DNA of 63,829 bases, counting the filler, from Perkinsus chesapeaki ATCC PRA-425 (taxonomy: Eukaryota > Protista > Perkinsozoa), in assembly GCA_013115145.1 (NCBI GenBank). It is 15 parts of 15 records of this genome, joined end to end, with 100 filler letters (N's around TTAATTAATTAA, not from the genome) between each part and the next. Parts side by side here need not be neighbours in the genome. Positions count along the whole stretch, not along the records: positions 33,935 to 43,887 come from JAAPAO010000915.1; positions 43,988 to 50,297 come from JAAPAO010001097.1; 13 more parts are not named here. One strand, given 5' to 3'. Each line of letters opens with the position of its first letter. Position 1 is the first letter of the stretch. The notes under the pieces are model-generated. The model saw only the letters and a list, made by a program, of their open reading frames with translations, was not told the DNA's origin and ran no database searches. Below are positions 37,601 to 50,297 of the stretch, piece after piece. The translations under genes and the position numbers were made by a program.

Positions 37601-39639
37601 CATTGAAAGAAAAGAAATGAGAGAGATTGTGGCACGAACGGTGGGATGAGATCTGCACGCATGCACATGGGGCGCGAGCGCTGCCCTCGGAGACTCGTAT
37701 CGAGTTGAAGGTATCGCGGGCTTACTCCTAGATTTAAGGAACACTCAATCCTACTCTTCCAAGTAACGCGTTAAACCTACGATTTACTAGAATACAAGAC
37801 GGAAGGTAGCCCGAGAAACGAACAATTCATGCCCGGAATCAAATTCTGCACGCATTTACGACCTGAGATGTTGCGAGGCGGATGGAGGCACTTGAGAAGC
37901 AGAGAATGAGGGAATGTTAATGAAATCCTCCACCAGAGCCATCACAGATCTATCTGACGATAACGACGTTTGACAAGGACTCTCCGACGCCGAGTGCGAC
38001 AGGGGCCCCGTGGAAGTTACCACAACGTGTACCTACGACAGAGCGTTGCGGTGGGCACAACGTGACATGAGAAGGCTGTGCGCATGCCGCCTGCGGCAGA
38101 CGTTGCGGATGGTAGTTTTCACTGATAACGCCTGTCACGATCATCAGGGATATGGCCGGCAATCACTTTTTATCTCACTAACTATACAGCAGACGCTCGC
38201 TGGCTGGTGATTGGTGGCACCGAAATGAATAGAGTTATGTATAGAATAATATGCTACACAGAGACAACTGGATCCCATTACGCGAATGCAGACATGCAGG
38301 ACTTCAGTAGTTAGGTGGTCAAATGTCAGAGCATCGGTCTTAAGGTGCGCTGGTATGATACTGACGGGCGCGACCGCACTGGATGGCACAGGTGCAGCCT
38401 CTGAGCATATAATGAGAATGCTAAGTATCCACACAGCTGGTTCCGCGACATGAAAGATAGGCTTGGGCATCGTCTGCGCTCGCGTTTCTCCACTACTTTC
38501 TACGCAAATTCGCGGGTAAGTGAACGGGCAAGTTTGCCAAAGTTACATACAAGATCATCAACATCATACATCAGCCTGACCCGTCCTAAACGTTGGGCCC
38601 AAGTTGAAGTTAAATTCCGGCTCTGCAGGGAGCAAGATACGATCAAAGTTTCTATATTAAAACTCGGAGATGTCCGCTCAAGTACGACAACATACTCATG
38701 CGTGTGGAGCTGCACCATCAAGCTTGAGCAGGTTACAATTGAAACCAGTATATGCCATATAAAATATATTATAGATAATTTGCATACAAATATAGCAGAT
38801 ATGCCAAAGTTCATATGCGAGGAATGTTTTTTGTCTTCATTAATAATGAATCATTATGAATGAAATACGCACTTGTCGCATAAGAAGACCATCATTGAAC
38901 GATCACGTCTGCGTGATGCGGAAAACCCTCCCTTAACTTATAACAGCTCTCGACGATCGCGAATCTCAGCCTTATGATAATAGCGCGAATACTACAAGCG
39001 TTTCTCGTACGGTCCTGCTGAGAACGCCGTCCAAAAAGGAAGAATGGGCCAGAATGGATTGAGAGTCCCGACTTGAGATGCAACATTACAGAGGGGGTAC
39101 TGGGTGCAACCTGAACGGTCGACTGACGGTTCACACTTCACATTACGCGTGTGCTCAACATTGTATTGGAATGTGCACACGGTTGGTGGTCAAGTCATCC
39201 GCTTGCTGTCCCCTTACCGCCGAAACATTTCTTCGATTTGAGGTGAAATTCAGGTGAAATTCAAGAGCAGCATACCGATTGAGTCGGTAAGAAAGTTGGA
39301 CGCCTCTCGGTTACTCAGGAATCTCGCGAAACCAATTGGCGTTCTCTGGCACTCTGGCTCGCATCATGCGAGCTGCGCGTAGAAGGAAGCCTCACGAGCC
39401 AGCGCTAAGATTTGGATTGATATATCTAACCTTTAAAAAGCTGTCCAGAGCTTCCAACCCTGCGCATGTGAGCCTGGCAGTAAGTATACTGAGCGAATTG
39501 TCTGTTAAAGCTGTCTCAATCTGAGAGTCTTTGAGCCACTGCCTTTCGTAGGCTTGCTGTGCAGGGATGCATCGAAGGGGGTGCATGCGTGCAGGACTCA
39601 TTCGATTATCGTCTATCGTATCAAACGTTTATCACATTC

Positions 39640-40767
39640 ATGAATATACACTGGAATACTGTGTCATTCGCCCTCCTTATCCTTACCGTGTCCGGAGGGA
39701 TTATCTATCGAGACTATCAGCCGGGCGATTCATTTACTGATATTATATTTCGCCAAACATGTCCTTGGAAAACAGGAATCCCTTGCTACGTAGCAATTAA
39801 TACGGATGTGAGCGCTAAAGTGAGATGCACCGACAAGTCGCTCAAGTTTGAGCAGCATACTTCCAACTCGGAGTATCATCACTTCCGTCGTGATAAGTGT
39901 TTTCTTTCAGACCGTTGTGGGATTTATTGTACTGGACATACCTAAGAAATTGTCCAAGGAAGAACAGGAAGCTGTCAAGGCAAAAGTGTAAGTGAAACCT
40001 GGGCTTCCCAAGCACGTCTTGCTGTCCGTCTTTATTTTCTGGGTCAGACCAGGAAAAGAAGGAAACCTGGGCTACATTAGAAATGTAAGTGCCGGTGTGA
40101 GGTGTGTAGCCTTTCTTCGTTTGATAAGAATGTGAAACCCACTTGAGCGATGCCTATCAGAACGCAACGGTATCGGCATATTATCACTCGGCTTGAGGTT
40201 ACTTGTTCGTCCTTGCTGTGGCATGCTTTCATTGAAACTCGTCATGCATTCGTAGCGTCCTAGGCGGGCACTACAGCCTGAGTGTGTCCATCATTCATAT
40301 CCCTTTTCAGGTTGAGGTTGACAGCGACTTTAGTGGACGCGGTATTGGAACTCATCTCATTGAGTACGGAATTGACCGCGTAAGGCTACGGACTTGAATT
40401 GCTTGGACTTCTTTTTCACCGACTGAACACAATCATTCGAACTTAAATGTTCCTTCCTGTCAAGGCTCTTACATCACACTGAAATGCGTGTTGATGTACC
40501 TTGGCGAATTTTGAATTTCGAAGTTCGGAGTAGTTAGATTCACATCTTAGGGCAAAAAAAGTGCGAGTATCCTTGCCATGACGCTGCACGTTGACAAAGA
40601 TAATGACGATGCGGTCAGGCTATACAAGAGGTTGGGATTTATTGAAGTGATGAGTAGGTCCTAAGCCCCAATACCAACGAAGTTACTCTGGTACATGCTC
40701 TAACACTTGAACATATCCATTTCTTTCAGAGGAGGATGACATGAAACTCTTCGCCAAATATATTTAG
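39640..40767 (+). CDS. GNAT N-acetyltransferase with signal peptide, copy 1 (167 aa, 6 exons)
   Basis: Exons 39640-39819, 39911-39987, 40048-40084, 40311-40379, 40551-40653, 40730-40767, all GT-AG and in frame. Motifs TVVGFI, GYIRNVEVDSDFSGRGIG, MTLHVDKDNDDAVRLYKRLGF. Confidence 0.88.
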
Positions 40768-41670
40768 TTTAATAAAGGCGAAAGCACGAAAATGACAAGT
40801 TCGCTTCAAAAAGTGTTACCAGTTTATTGAGCCACTCAAAAGCTCTTCCTCAATGAGGAATCCTCATTAAAGGGACACACTTTGTCGTTTGTCCAACTTA
40901 ACTTGAGTGACTCATTGGCACAAATGTAGGCTTTATAGGCTGGCTCCTTTTCCTCCTGCCACTGGTGGGCTACTAGCACTTATCTATCACACGATTCCGA
41001 AGTATCGTATCTCTGGGATATCCTAGTATCGTGTTCTGGTTACATCGTGAATTAACTTTTCAAATGAATCATTTGATGCAGTAAGGCAGCTAAGTAAAAT
41101 AGTTGCTAGTCCTACAGTGCGGTGTGCATTTCGACACGATGACCGCAGCATTGCACGCCCCTCCACCGCTCAAGGACAGGAACTTACTTGGTCACGAGGT
41201 GCCGAAAGTCCTACTAAAGCGCCATAGGGCGATAATAACAACTCAACATGATGAAAAACTAACCAACATACATTACGAAGCTCTGCTATCGTTGCGAGGG
41301 CTTCGGTGTTATTCGCGGAGCGCTTTCGTGTGGTAGCTCCACGGAATCCATAGCATTCGGCCTAATTTCACCGTCTACCCAACTCAGCTAGCGCTTTAGT
41401 GAGAGCGCAGACGATGGAGGAGGTCGAGAGATATCGCATCACTGCTTTCATGTCACGAGGAAATTCCTATTATCCATAATAAGGATTCCATGAATGAGCG
41501 GTTCGCCTGGCTGGATGGCGCCAGAACCGAATGGTGACACATGGGATTTTTATTTCGAAGAAAGTTCAGCTCGATGTAGGTCTTTGAGCAATCCGTCTGA
41601 TGGCGGATAGTAGGACTCCTTCTAATCCTTGAACTCATTCCGTGAAATGTACACTCTCTCCCTCTTATAA

Positions 41671-42906
41671 ATGAAAGTCTACCTACTGATATTCGCTGTG
41701 TATATACTTTCGGCAGCCGGTAGTATTATTTACCGAGACTACCAGCAGGGTGACACATTTGATAATATCATCTTCCGCGTAATATGCCCCAGGAAAACGG
41801 GGATTCCCTGCTATGTAGCAGTTAATATGGATGCGGGCCCTAATGTAAGACTTGATGATAATACACTTCGCCATGTGATTCTCAGTCGAGGAGCGCGCTA
41901 AATGCCATCATAAGTTATGACAGCAACTACTATTACAAGTCTGGTAGCGTGGCGACTAGACTCTCACAAGCCCATCTTGTCTACGAAGACTTTGGCTGTT
42001 CCCTCGTACGATTATTCCCTTCTTCTTTCAGACGGTTGTGGGATTCATTGCGCTCTACATCCCTATGACGTTACCCAAACAAGAAGAAGATGCTGTGAAG
42101 GCCAAGATGTAATGACTAAGCTCCGTCGTATTCGCTCACATCCGAGTGTTCATATTCTCCCACAGGCCTGGGCCACAGAAGGAAGGAGACTTGGGCTACA
42201 TAAAGAACGTAAGTGATCGTGAAAGACTTTTCATATTATCATTATTAGAGTAGAACGCCACAGATTATTGCGCTATTTGTGAGATCGCCGCGGACAATAC
42301 TGAGAAAACTAACGGGCTGGATTGAGACTCAATCACTGAGTCACATCCAACCAGCATGTTTGATACTGAAGCCTCCGATCCCTTGCAACTTCAGTGTCTA
42401 CGATACAGTATATTATCAGTACTAGCTTTCAGGTTGAGGTTGACAGCAGCTTCCGTGGTCGTGGTATCGGAACTTTCCTCTTGCAGTATGGCATTGCACG
42501 CGTAAGGCCACTTTATGCGCCGTACTTCTCAACTTGCACCCCTCTTCCAATTGTTCCTTGTCCTGACGAGTTTGTCGTATATCTTTTCGCTAATATCAGT
42601 GTCGCTGAGATTGGATTTTGGCTTCCAAAATTTGGAAGCATCACGATCGACATAGTCAGTTTGGTTCACATTTTAGGGCAAGCAGACTCCGAATATACTT
42701 GCTATGACTCTACACGTTGGTGAGAAGAAAGCCGATGCCATCCGGCTATACAAGAAGCTGGGATTCGTAGAAGTTATGAGTAAGTCGGAAGGTGTCTGCA
42801 CCAACAGAGCATGAATGATCTGATCCTTTTACCCAACTAAACGTGGGGTATGTTATTTATTTCAGAGAAAGGGGACCTAGAGCTCTTCGCCCTCTACTTC
42901 GTTTAA
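41671..42906 (+). CDS. GNAT N-acetyltransferase with signal peptide, copy 2 (168 aa, 6 exons)
   Basis: Exons 41671-41844, 42032-42108, 42166-42208, 42433-42501, 42677-42779, 42866-42906, same intron phases as copy 1. Motifs TVVGFI, VEVDSSFRGRGIG, MTLHVGEKKADAIRLYKKLGF. Confidence 0.88.
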
Positions 42907-44161
42907 ATGGGAGGCAAAAGCAACGAAAGGATGCGTTACAAATAAAGGCGTGTCAGCTCATGTTCGAAAGACAAAGCTTTTTAGTAAAATTCATCTATTC
43001 GAGGAACAAAGTTCGTTATACGGCGCGCTTGCTTTGCAGTCCCATGCCGTATTAGAACTCGATATCCCGACTACGGGATAGTACAACTTTCCAGTATCGT
43101 ATCCCTCAGTTAGGCAAAACTATTCCACGTATTCTCCGAAGAAGTTCTGAGTTCTGAAAGTATCGTTAATAAAACTAGAAGAAAGCTTTTAGCCCCCTTC
43201 TCATACACTCTTGTCTTACAGCGCAAGGCTGGTCACGTATGTGTAAGACTTACACGTACGTAACAAAGCTGCATGTTAAAACAACCATCCCACGATCAGA
43301 GCTAGTGTAATCGTAATCCGAGACGACTACCAAACTTCATGCTTTGAGGTGAAGTGTGTCACAGACGACAACAAACTTCAAAGCCAAACAAAATCATGGT
43401 CGGCCTGGTTCTGCTCAGAGATTTGGGTGTTTGAGTCTGCCCGGGTCCATGGAGCCCGTGGCCCGGACTGTCCATGTGACTCGCATGAAGTACGGACAGA
43501 GAGTCAAAAGTGTGAGCATCTCCAAGTCGTTTTCAGGAGCGGGCGCCTAACATGATTTTTGCGCGGCTGCAAAAGTTCTGTTAGGATGACCGTGTTTCCC
43601 GGGAGCGGAGGGATGGGCCAAGAAAAATCTCACGTAAAACGTGGGAAAGTTGCAATTGTCTCACTGGCTCGTCGATAGACTCAAGATTTCGAAACTGAAA
43701 GATATGTGGTGCGCGGGATATGCTACTCTGCGCAGCCGTAATATACTGATAAGCGGATCGAGCGTGCGAATGTAGCGGCTGTGGAATCTCTAGAGATTAA
43801 GGGAGTACCGCACTCACACCCCAAATAATTTCAGACACAATGCACGAAACAAAGATATTGGATTTGCACTACATTGAAGCACCCTCCNNNNNNNNNNNNN
43901 NNNNNNNNNNNNNNNNNNNNNNNNNNNNNNNTTAATTAATTAANNNNNNNNNNNNNNNNNNNNNNNNNNNNNNNNNNNNNNNNNNNNGTCGAATCGATTC
44001 TCATCAAACGTTGCATTTCAGCGAAATGACTTCACTCCACCAAACTTCAACTCAACTTCTAAAGGTGTTTCGAATAACCCCTTAAATACCAGTGGTTTAA
44101 ATCGGGAACAAATGACAAATGTTGACAAGTTACCAGACCTCATACAGGTAGGGTAAGCTGT

Positions 44162-44377
44162 TCACCGTGAGCAATCGCACTGAAACTTTCCCATACACGA
44201 TTTCAGTATATTACTATTATAGCAGTGGCCGAATGTGCAATCACAGAGGGCCTTGGAACCACCACACATTTCGTTGGATATCTCTTGGCACCTAGCATTG
44301 ACTTCCTTGCTACCACCGTAAGCCTCAGCCAACAACATGGCGAGAGTTAGTAGGGCAACCAATCCGCGAGGAGCCAT
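44162..44377 (-). CDS. Small secreted 8-Cys peptide, copy 1 (71 aa)
   Basis: ATG 44377, MAPRGLVALLTLAMLLAEAYG leader, mature NARCQEISNEMCGGSKALCDCTFGHCYNSNILKSCMGKFQCDCSR. Confidence 0.85.
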   Translation of the reverse strand: MAPRGLVALLTLAMLLAEAYGGSKEVNARCQEISNEMCGGSKALCDCTFGHCYNSNILKSCMGKFQCDCSR

Positions 44378-45132
44378 TATATGATATTTCTCACAAGGCT
44401 GATGCAAGACATTGCTATTGAGCGGATGAGCTGGCCACGTGCTATGAGCATGGACTATTGCTGGGATCAGCTTCGTAGTCTCAGATGTGATCGTCCCCGC
44501 ACTCTATGCGCATGCGTGTTGTTTGAGCCTGACCATCTTGCTCCAGGGACAGTCCGGGTTTCAGACAGCGTGCAGCAGTGTAAACAGACCAGGGCTAGAC
44601 CCCCTCAGCGGGCTAGTGATAGACCAGTGTACAGTGGGCTCATGGGGAGCTAGAAGCGCGCGTACTCTTACATGCGATATAGAAGAGGGGACCGCTCCAA
44701 GCACACTGGATGCCAGTATTCCATGGATATTTGAAATAGAGACCATCAGAGACCAGGAGCCACTCGACGGTTCAGGATTTCTCAGTCCCTCGTCTACGAG
44801 GATATATCTTCTTCACATCTTCTGGACTGTTGAGAAGTTCTCAATGAGAACCGCTCCAGTGGAGCTGCTCCACAATTCCTCAGTTAAAGTTGGTTGCGGA
44901 TGTCGATGATGGTATGCCAAGAAGTCTCTGGGTTCCACTACAAAGGTTCAGCCTGTGCTGTCTGGCACTCTGTGTCGGACGGCCGGTTTAATCTTGGCAA
45001 ACTTTAACTCAACATCCAAGAGTACTTAGCTTGATCGCTTAACTACTAAATTCATCGTTGGCATTGTCAACTTGACAACTATAACGAACGACAAATGCTG
45101 CCAAATCATCAGACCCATCTAGGGTGGGATAT

Positions 45133-45345
45133 TCAACGTGAGCAACTGCATTGAAACTTTTCCATACACGATTTGAGTAGATTACTATTATAGCAATGAC
45201 CGAATGTGCAATCACAGTAGGCCTTGGAACCACCACACATTTCATTGGATATCTCTTGGCACCTAGCATTGGCCGCCTTATCCCCACCAGCAGCCTCGGT
45301 AAACCATATCATGATAAATAGTGTAACCAACAAGCGAGGGGACAT
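45133..45345 (-). CDS. Small secreted 8-Cys peptide, copy 2 (70 aa)
   Basis: MSPRLLVTLFIMIWFTEAAG leader; 41 of the last 45 residues identical to copy 1. Confidence 0.85.
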   Translation of the reverse strand: MSPRLLVTLFIMIWFTEAAGGDKAANARCQEISNEMCGGSKAYCDCTFGHCYNSNLLKSCMEKFQCSCSR

Positions 45346-46286
45346 TATATGATGTTTTTTACAAGTGATGAGCTTTGATGGGAAAGCGTTCGTTACTGCT
45401 CAAGAGATAGTCACATTGCCACGCATGAACATGTCACCTCGGATGTATGTCACGGCAGTGGCCCCCATCAAATTGTTATTAGCAATGGCTACTCCAGGGG
45501 ACTTTTATTGTTAGCATGCTGATATTGAAACGTAAGAGAACTGACACGCTAACACTGAAGATGCACCGGTATTACGTAGCATGCGGAAATGCGTAAAGCG
45601 CGGAGTGGCATGCATCGGAGCTACTACGCGTTTTAACGCTACCGTAGAATACGCGTGATAAAGTAAGCTAAGTACGTAAAACACCACGTTCTGTATAACG
45701 GGGATGCATCAGATGCACTCCGTCTCTACTGTACCATCATAAGTATTTGAAACTTGGATGTATATCAAACCTTTTATCGGTATGTCTGCCGTCTCCGTTA
45801 CACATCTCGTATCAAAAGCTTCCAACACATGTAATATTGTTAGTCATTGATACTTTAAAGAGCATTATACAGGTTCGAAGTTTGACAGGATTGTGATCAG
45901 GGCTTCATCATTCCTATCGTCCGGCCTCGTGACTTCCTCACGGTTATAACTTTTCCGTGTTACTGTGACCGACGCAAGGCGCTGAATTATTCCAGCTTTC
46001 GAGTTATTTCTTTACGAAAGACAATATCATTTGCTGTTAGAATCTCCAATTTCCGATTATAATAAATCTAGAAGTGGAGTCAGTAGTCATCAACAATGCC
46101 TCCCAAACATGTTCAGTTTTCACGCTTTCCATGTTGGACCGCGGACACTGTCTTGAAAATGTGTATCTTCCAAGGATGGGCTAACTCTGTCCGTTTGAAT
46201 GTCGTCTAACTTAAGATAACACAAGGCGAGTTTTGATATAATAATAATGCAATGTGTGATAGACTATTTAACGTTTTGGTTCCCGT

Positions 46287-48707
46287 TCAGTTTATATTCT
46301 GCCATTGCCATAAGGAAAGGCTGCCATCGGCGCATCCAGTAACGAATAAATTCGTATTAACTGAAAATGTATCTCCGAGTTGATTCGAGTATCATCCTCT
46401 TACCAAGAGACTTCACTATTCTGACATCTGCGTTCTTCCTTTGCATAACCGTCTGCCACCAAACAAGAGGCTTCAACATTGGCAATGAGTATGCTCGAAC
46501 GCACCCATTCATTTGACCAACAAGCACTGAAAAGTATACCAATTATAATGATACTACCGATATCCATCTTGTATTATTACAAGCTGCTTTGCCATTAATA
46601 ACAACACCATCAAGGCATGAATTGCAGCATGGCTTCCGCAATTTATCTCCGTTATGAACGTAGTTTAGTGCACAATCCATACTGGCTGTCTCATTCCCAC
46701 TGAATGAAAACCATTTACCGCGCGCCACATTATTATTGTCCCTACTTGGGATCGAAGACAAATAATTTGCCGTCCAGTGTTATCGCGACAACATGATTCT
46801 CGTATCTGTTGGACAAACACCTTTAATACATTCAGTTTGTGTGGTTAGAAATTATATCAAATAACTAATTAAACATTTCTAATCAGGAATGTATTCGTCA
46901 ATGAAAAGCAGCAGTTTACCGACTAGTTTAATTTCCACTATCCCCGTATTTACGGGGAAACAAATTATGTTTACGAAATTTTATCCCTTTATTATTAATG
47001 AGCTTTCTACTTTATTACATTAACATCTTCATTACTGGACTTTGTGTATCAATCCTTCCCTGTATAGTTAAATCAACTATACTTATACCAGTAATACCAC
47101 AAACACCTCCAACCCACATAGTCTGCTCGGCTATCTGATAATAATAATAACCATTTCTATCAACACTATATCCATTTTAATTATTATTACAGTCATGCAT
47201 TTTACTGGATACCCAATCTCTATAGTATGAGTATTTTTATAACTTCCTTCACCAGGTGTCCATAATCGTACTGTTCCATCCCAGGAGGAAGTGACTAAGA
47301 TCTAACAACCCAAGCAGCATTATTACATCCCTCATACAGGCCTACTACCCCTTGCAACACCCCTAAACTGTGAACTGCTTTAGTGTGACCGAGTAAATCA
47401 AACTGAGCACCAGAAGTCTTGTCGAATCTGAGGGGATGTAATATACTGTATCCGCCTGTTGCTTCTGATACTCAACAGGTCAAGCTGCGTGATATAGTGA
47501 GTAGCAATACGCAGTACTTGAATACGGATATTCGAAGGAGACAATTATCAAGTATGAATGAATATTGACAAATATCGATTATATGCCTTTGAATAAGACA
47601 TCCGGAGCATTGCAATATTCACAAAAGCCTGCAGTTCACTACGGGACTCCTACTAAGCTCATTTAGGGCCTATAGGTAAGAGTGATTCCCATGTATTCGA
47701 TTCGGGGTCGTCGATTATGTTTACTCAACCGTTTTGCCGCGGTGTTCTCATCGGCAGCATGTCACCTTCAGGTTCGTCGATTATTTAACGTATGTTCAGC
47801 AAACCCCCAATTATTACACTCTAACTCGCCCATCTTCAAGGCCACAGAACATAACTCCTCCGCCTGTCATATTCCCTGCTTCGTCCCGGACAGGTTCAAA
47901 ATGAACAGACATCACTGGTTGACCGTCGGTATCCACTATTAAGTCTGGTGTGAGCTCTATATGACCTAAACATTTGGTGTAGTGAACCAGTTAACACACT
48001 TATAAGCGAAAGGTCTCGGGTTCGAATCCAACGTGTTTATTTTACCTGCTGGTGTTGGCACTGCTTTCCAGGTTCGTAATTTACCATCAGAGCCACCTGA
48101 AGCATGCAAATTTAGCCTTTCGTGTATCTTGCACTAATCAAGCCATGATACTACCAGTAAAGAGAGTATCCCCTAACAATATAACATCATTTATGCATTT
48201 CCCATCGGAGTGCGCGTCGACGACTTCATGCAGTCTTTTCACATAATGAAGATATCTAAACGTATCTTTCCAATATTAACCAGTTAACCTCCAGTACCTG
48301 CATTCCCCTTCCCGTGGACAATCACCAGTCATAAATGCTCGACACGCCATCGTTGAAGCATCTTCATCACATAATGGTGGAGGACCTAAATTATCCACCA
48401 TGATGTCCACTGCTATTATGAATAAAATGTTATAATATTGAATTGCATGGAGTCCGTTAATTACCGGGAAGACAAAGATTACTATTGAGCCGGATCCAGT
48501 ACGTCACCGTAATGAACCGTTCTTCGATAAATGAAGCCAGTTGCCCATCTTACGATCCTCCTTAACCGGCCCTCGTCCGCTCCCTTTACCACGTATCGGT
48601 CCTCTACCTCGATTATGCCCACTACGATCTGAGATTACTATTTATTTCTAATAGAATCATAGCATTTTACTTCGATGTTTGATATTCCCTCCACGAGAGC
48701 CTCCCAT
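46287..48707 (-). CDS. CCCH zinc finger plus WD40-repeat protein (ZFWD-like), multi-exon
   Basis: Gly/Arg-rich start MGGSRGGNIKHR; CRAFMTGDCPREGECR/YLH (C-x7-C-x5-C-x3-H); WD repeats LFTG/GSDGKLRTW, FCGLEDGRVR/VFD, LGHTKAVHSL..LVTSSWDGTVRLW and LFVTGCADGSLSLWQW; TGA at 46289-46287. Not all exon borders resolved. Confidence 0.85.
47967..48039 (+). pseudogene. Degenerate tRNA-like element antisense within a ZFWD intron
   Basis: Terminal stem TAAACAT/GTGTTTA, D stem GTGT/ACAC, CTTATAA loop, AGGTC variable region, GGGTTCGAATCC T-loop/B-box; 5-prime anticodon stem strand missing and T stem broken. Confidence 0.65.
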
Positions 48708-49884
48708 AGTCTTAACTGGCAGGGATGCTGCAGGCCACAACAGGAACGCGCAAGATCAAATCTATCACACGGGCGCGCGCTACGTTCTTTTCCTATGCGT
48801 AGTGCCTGGATTTTACCAAACCCGAATTTAACCAAGAAAAGACCGCGCGCCAATATAATCGATAAAAAGGGTAATGTTTAAACGAAATCGGAATTATTAT
48901 TCTTGACATGATTTTATCCAAAATATTGCTAATATTCTTTCCTAACGCGTAAACACAATGCTAGAATTGGTAGCTTATTGATTGCTAGCTAAGTTGGGAA
49001 TCATCCACGTATCCTGATCCGAAGGTCGCCGGCTCGATTCAATGGTATTCTTGTTGTGAGGACTCTTGATTACTTCAAGTATCTTGCATATGCGGTAACC
49101 TCTCGTTTTCAGAGCTGTTTGCAAATGAACGAAAGATCTAGTGGGCTTCAACTTCGAGTTTTTTTACCGGCAAACTAGATCACAAGCTTAATAAGTTACT
49201 CCCGACTAAGTGTTAACTTAACACTGTTAAGCGGTCTTCTTAGAAGCTGAGAGTGAGGTTGAGGTCTTGGGTTAGGAGTCCGCATGCTGTATCATCCCAG
49301 TTGAACCTGGATGAGTCTAGAGCTGACAATTACTCTGGAACGGACCTTGTAACTCTGCATTACTACATAGTATATGGGTAGCATGTGTTGAGCCCTTGCC
49401 TTCTTCACTTCGTATAATGGAGAGTCTCCATTGGAGACGAGGCTATTGAAGGTAGTACGAAGGGACTGGTTGGTATAGTACATGGGTTGCAGATTCCCCA
49501 AAAAAGCCCGAGTAAATTGTTGCGTGTGGAGCATCTCCGATCCCATTTCACTGCATATTCGTTTGATGATTGACCAACTATCATCTATGTTCGATTGAGC
49601 CCGAGCCCATAGGGACAGTTTGATCACCTCTATTGGTTTCGCCAACACTCCTTCATAGACCGATCGGAGTTTCGCAAAGCTCCGCACAGAGTACCAAGAA
49701 TCTACCTAGAATGGTTCCTTCAAGTTTAAAAGTTCTCTTGCGTAGGTTCGTCGCCATTCAATCCGGCTTCATTTTGGCGGTTGTACCCCTTGTTGGTTCA
49801 CAGCATCTCCGAGGCCTGAGTTGCCAGACGCTGGTACTATAACAGGTGTTGTGATGTTATACGTTCTTCATTAGGCTTGGGTTC

Positions 49885-50297
49885 TTGCACCAGTGGGGAG
49901 TCCCCACTGGTATGAAAGGACAAAACATCGAGAAGAGGCGGAGTTACCGGGCTTGTGCGAACCCTCACAAGAAGCCTAGGTGCTCCGCGACGTTGGTGGT
50001 ATCCGGTGATGTTGATGGGTCCGCTGAGCAGCTACGCTTGATCAATGCAGGTCATTCTACACCACACACATGTGGGGCCCCGAACGCGGAGGCGAAAACG
50101 GCCTATAATGATACGCGTTCTGCTGCTGCTAACAGCAGGCCGTCAGGGGATCTTGGTAAGATATATGATACTACCCTTCATCAGTCACGGGATGATGTTG
50201 TGGCTAAACTTCCGAAGCGTTATTAACAACCTACGTATCGTTCGTCAAAAGACACTCAATATTCCTCCTCCACCTCGTGGCGTCTCTGGTTTCGATA
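49885..50297 (+). mobile_element. Probable MULE transposase N-terminal region (frameshifted, truncated)
   Basis: YRAC......CSATLVV...H..H.C resembles the WRKY/FLYWCH-type finger; LPK then FRSVINNLRIVRQKTLNIPPPP in a shifted frame. Confidence 0.45.

Noticed and set aside
41917-42216. Cys-rich reading (DGCGIHC...RRRCCEG) suggesting a toxin-like exon
   Set aside because: Wrong frame; the spliced frame gives TVVGFI..., conserved in both GNAT copies.
49292-49687. 131-aa minus-strand ORF as a hAT or other transposase fragment
   Set aside because: No diagnostic motif found; left unannotated.
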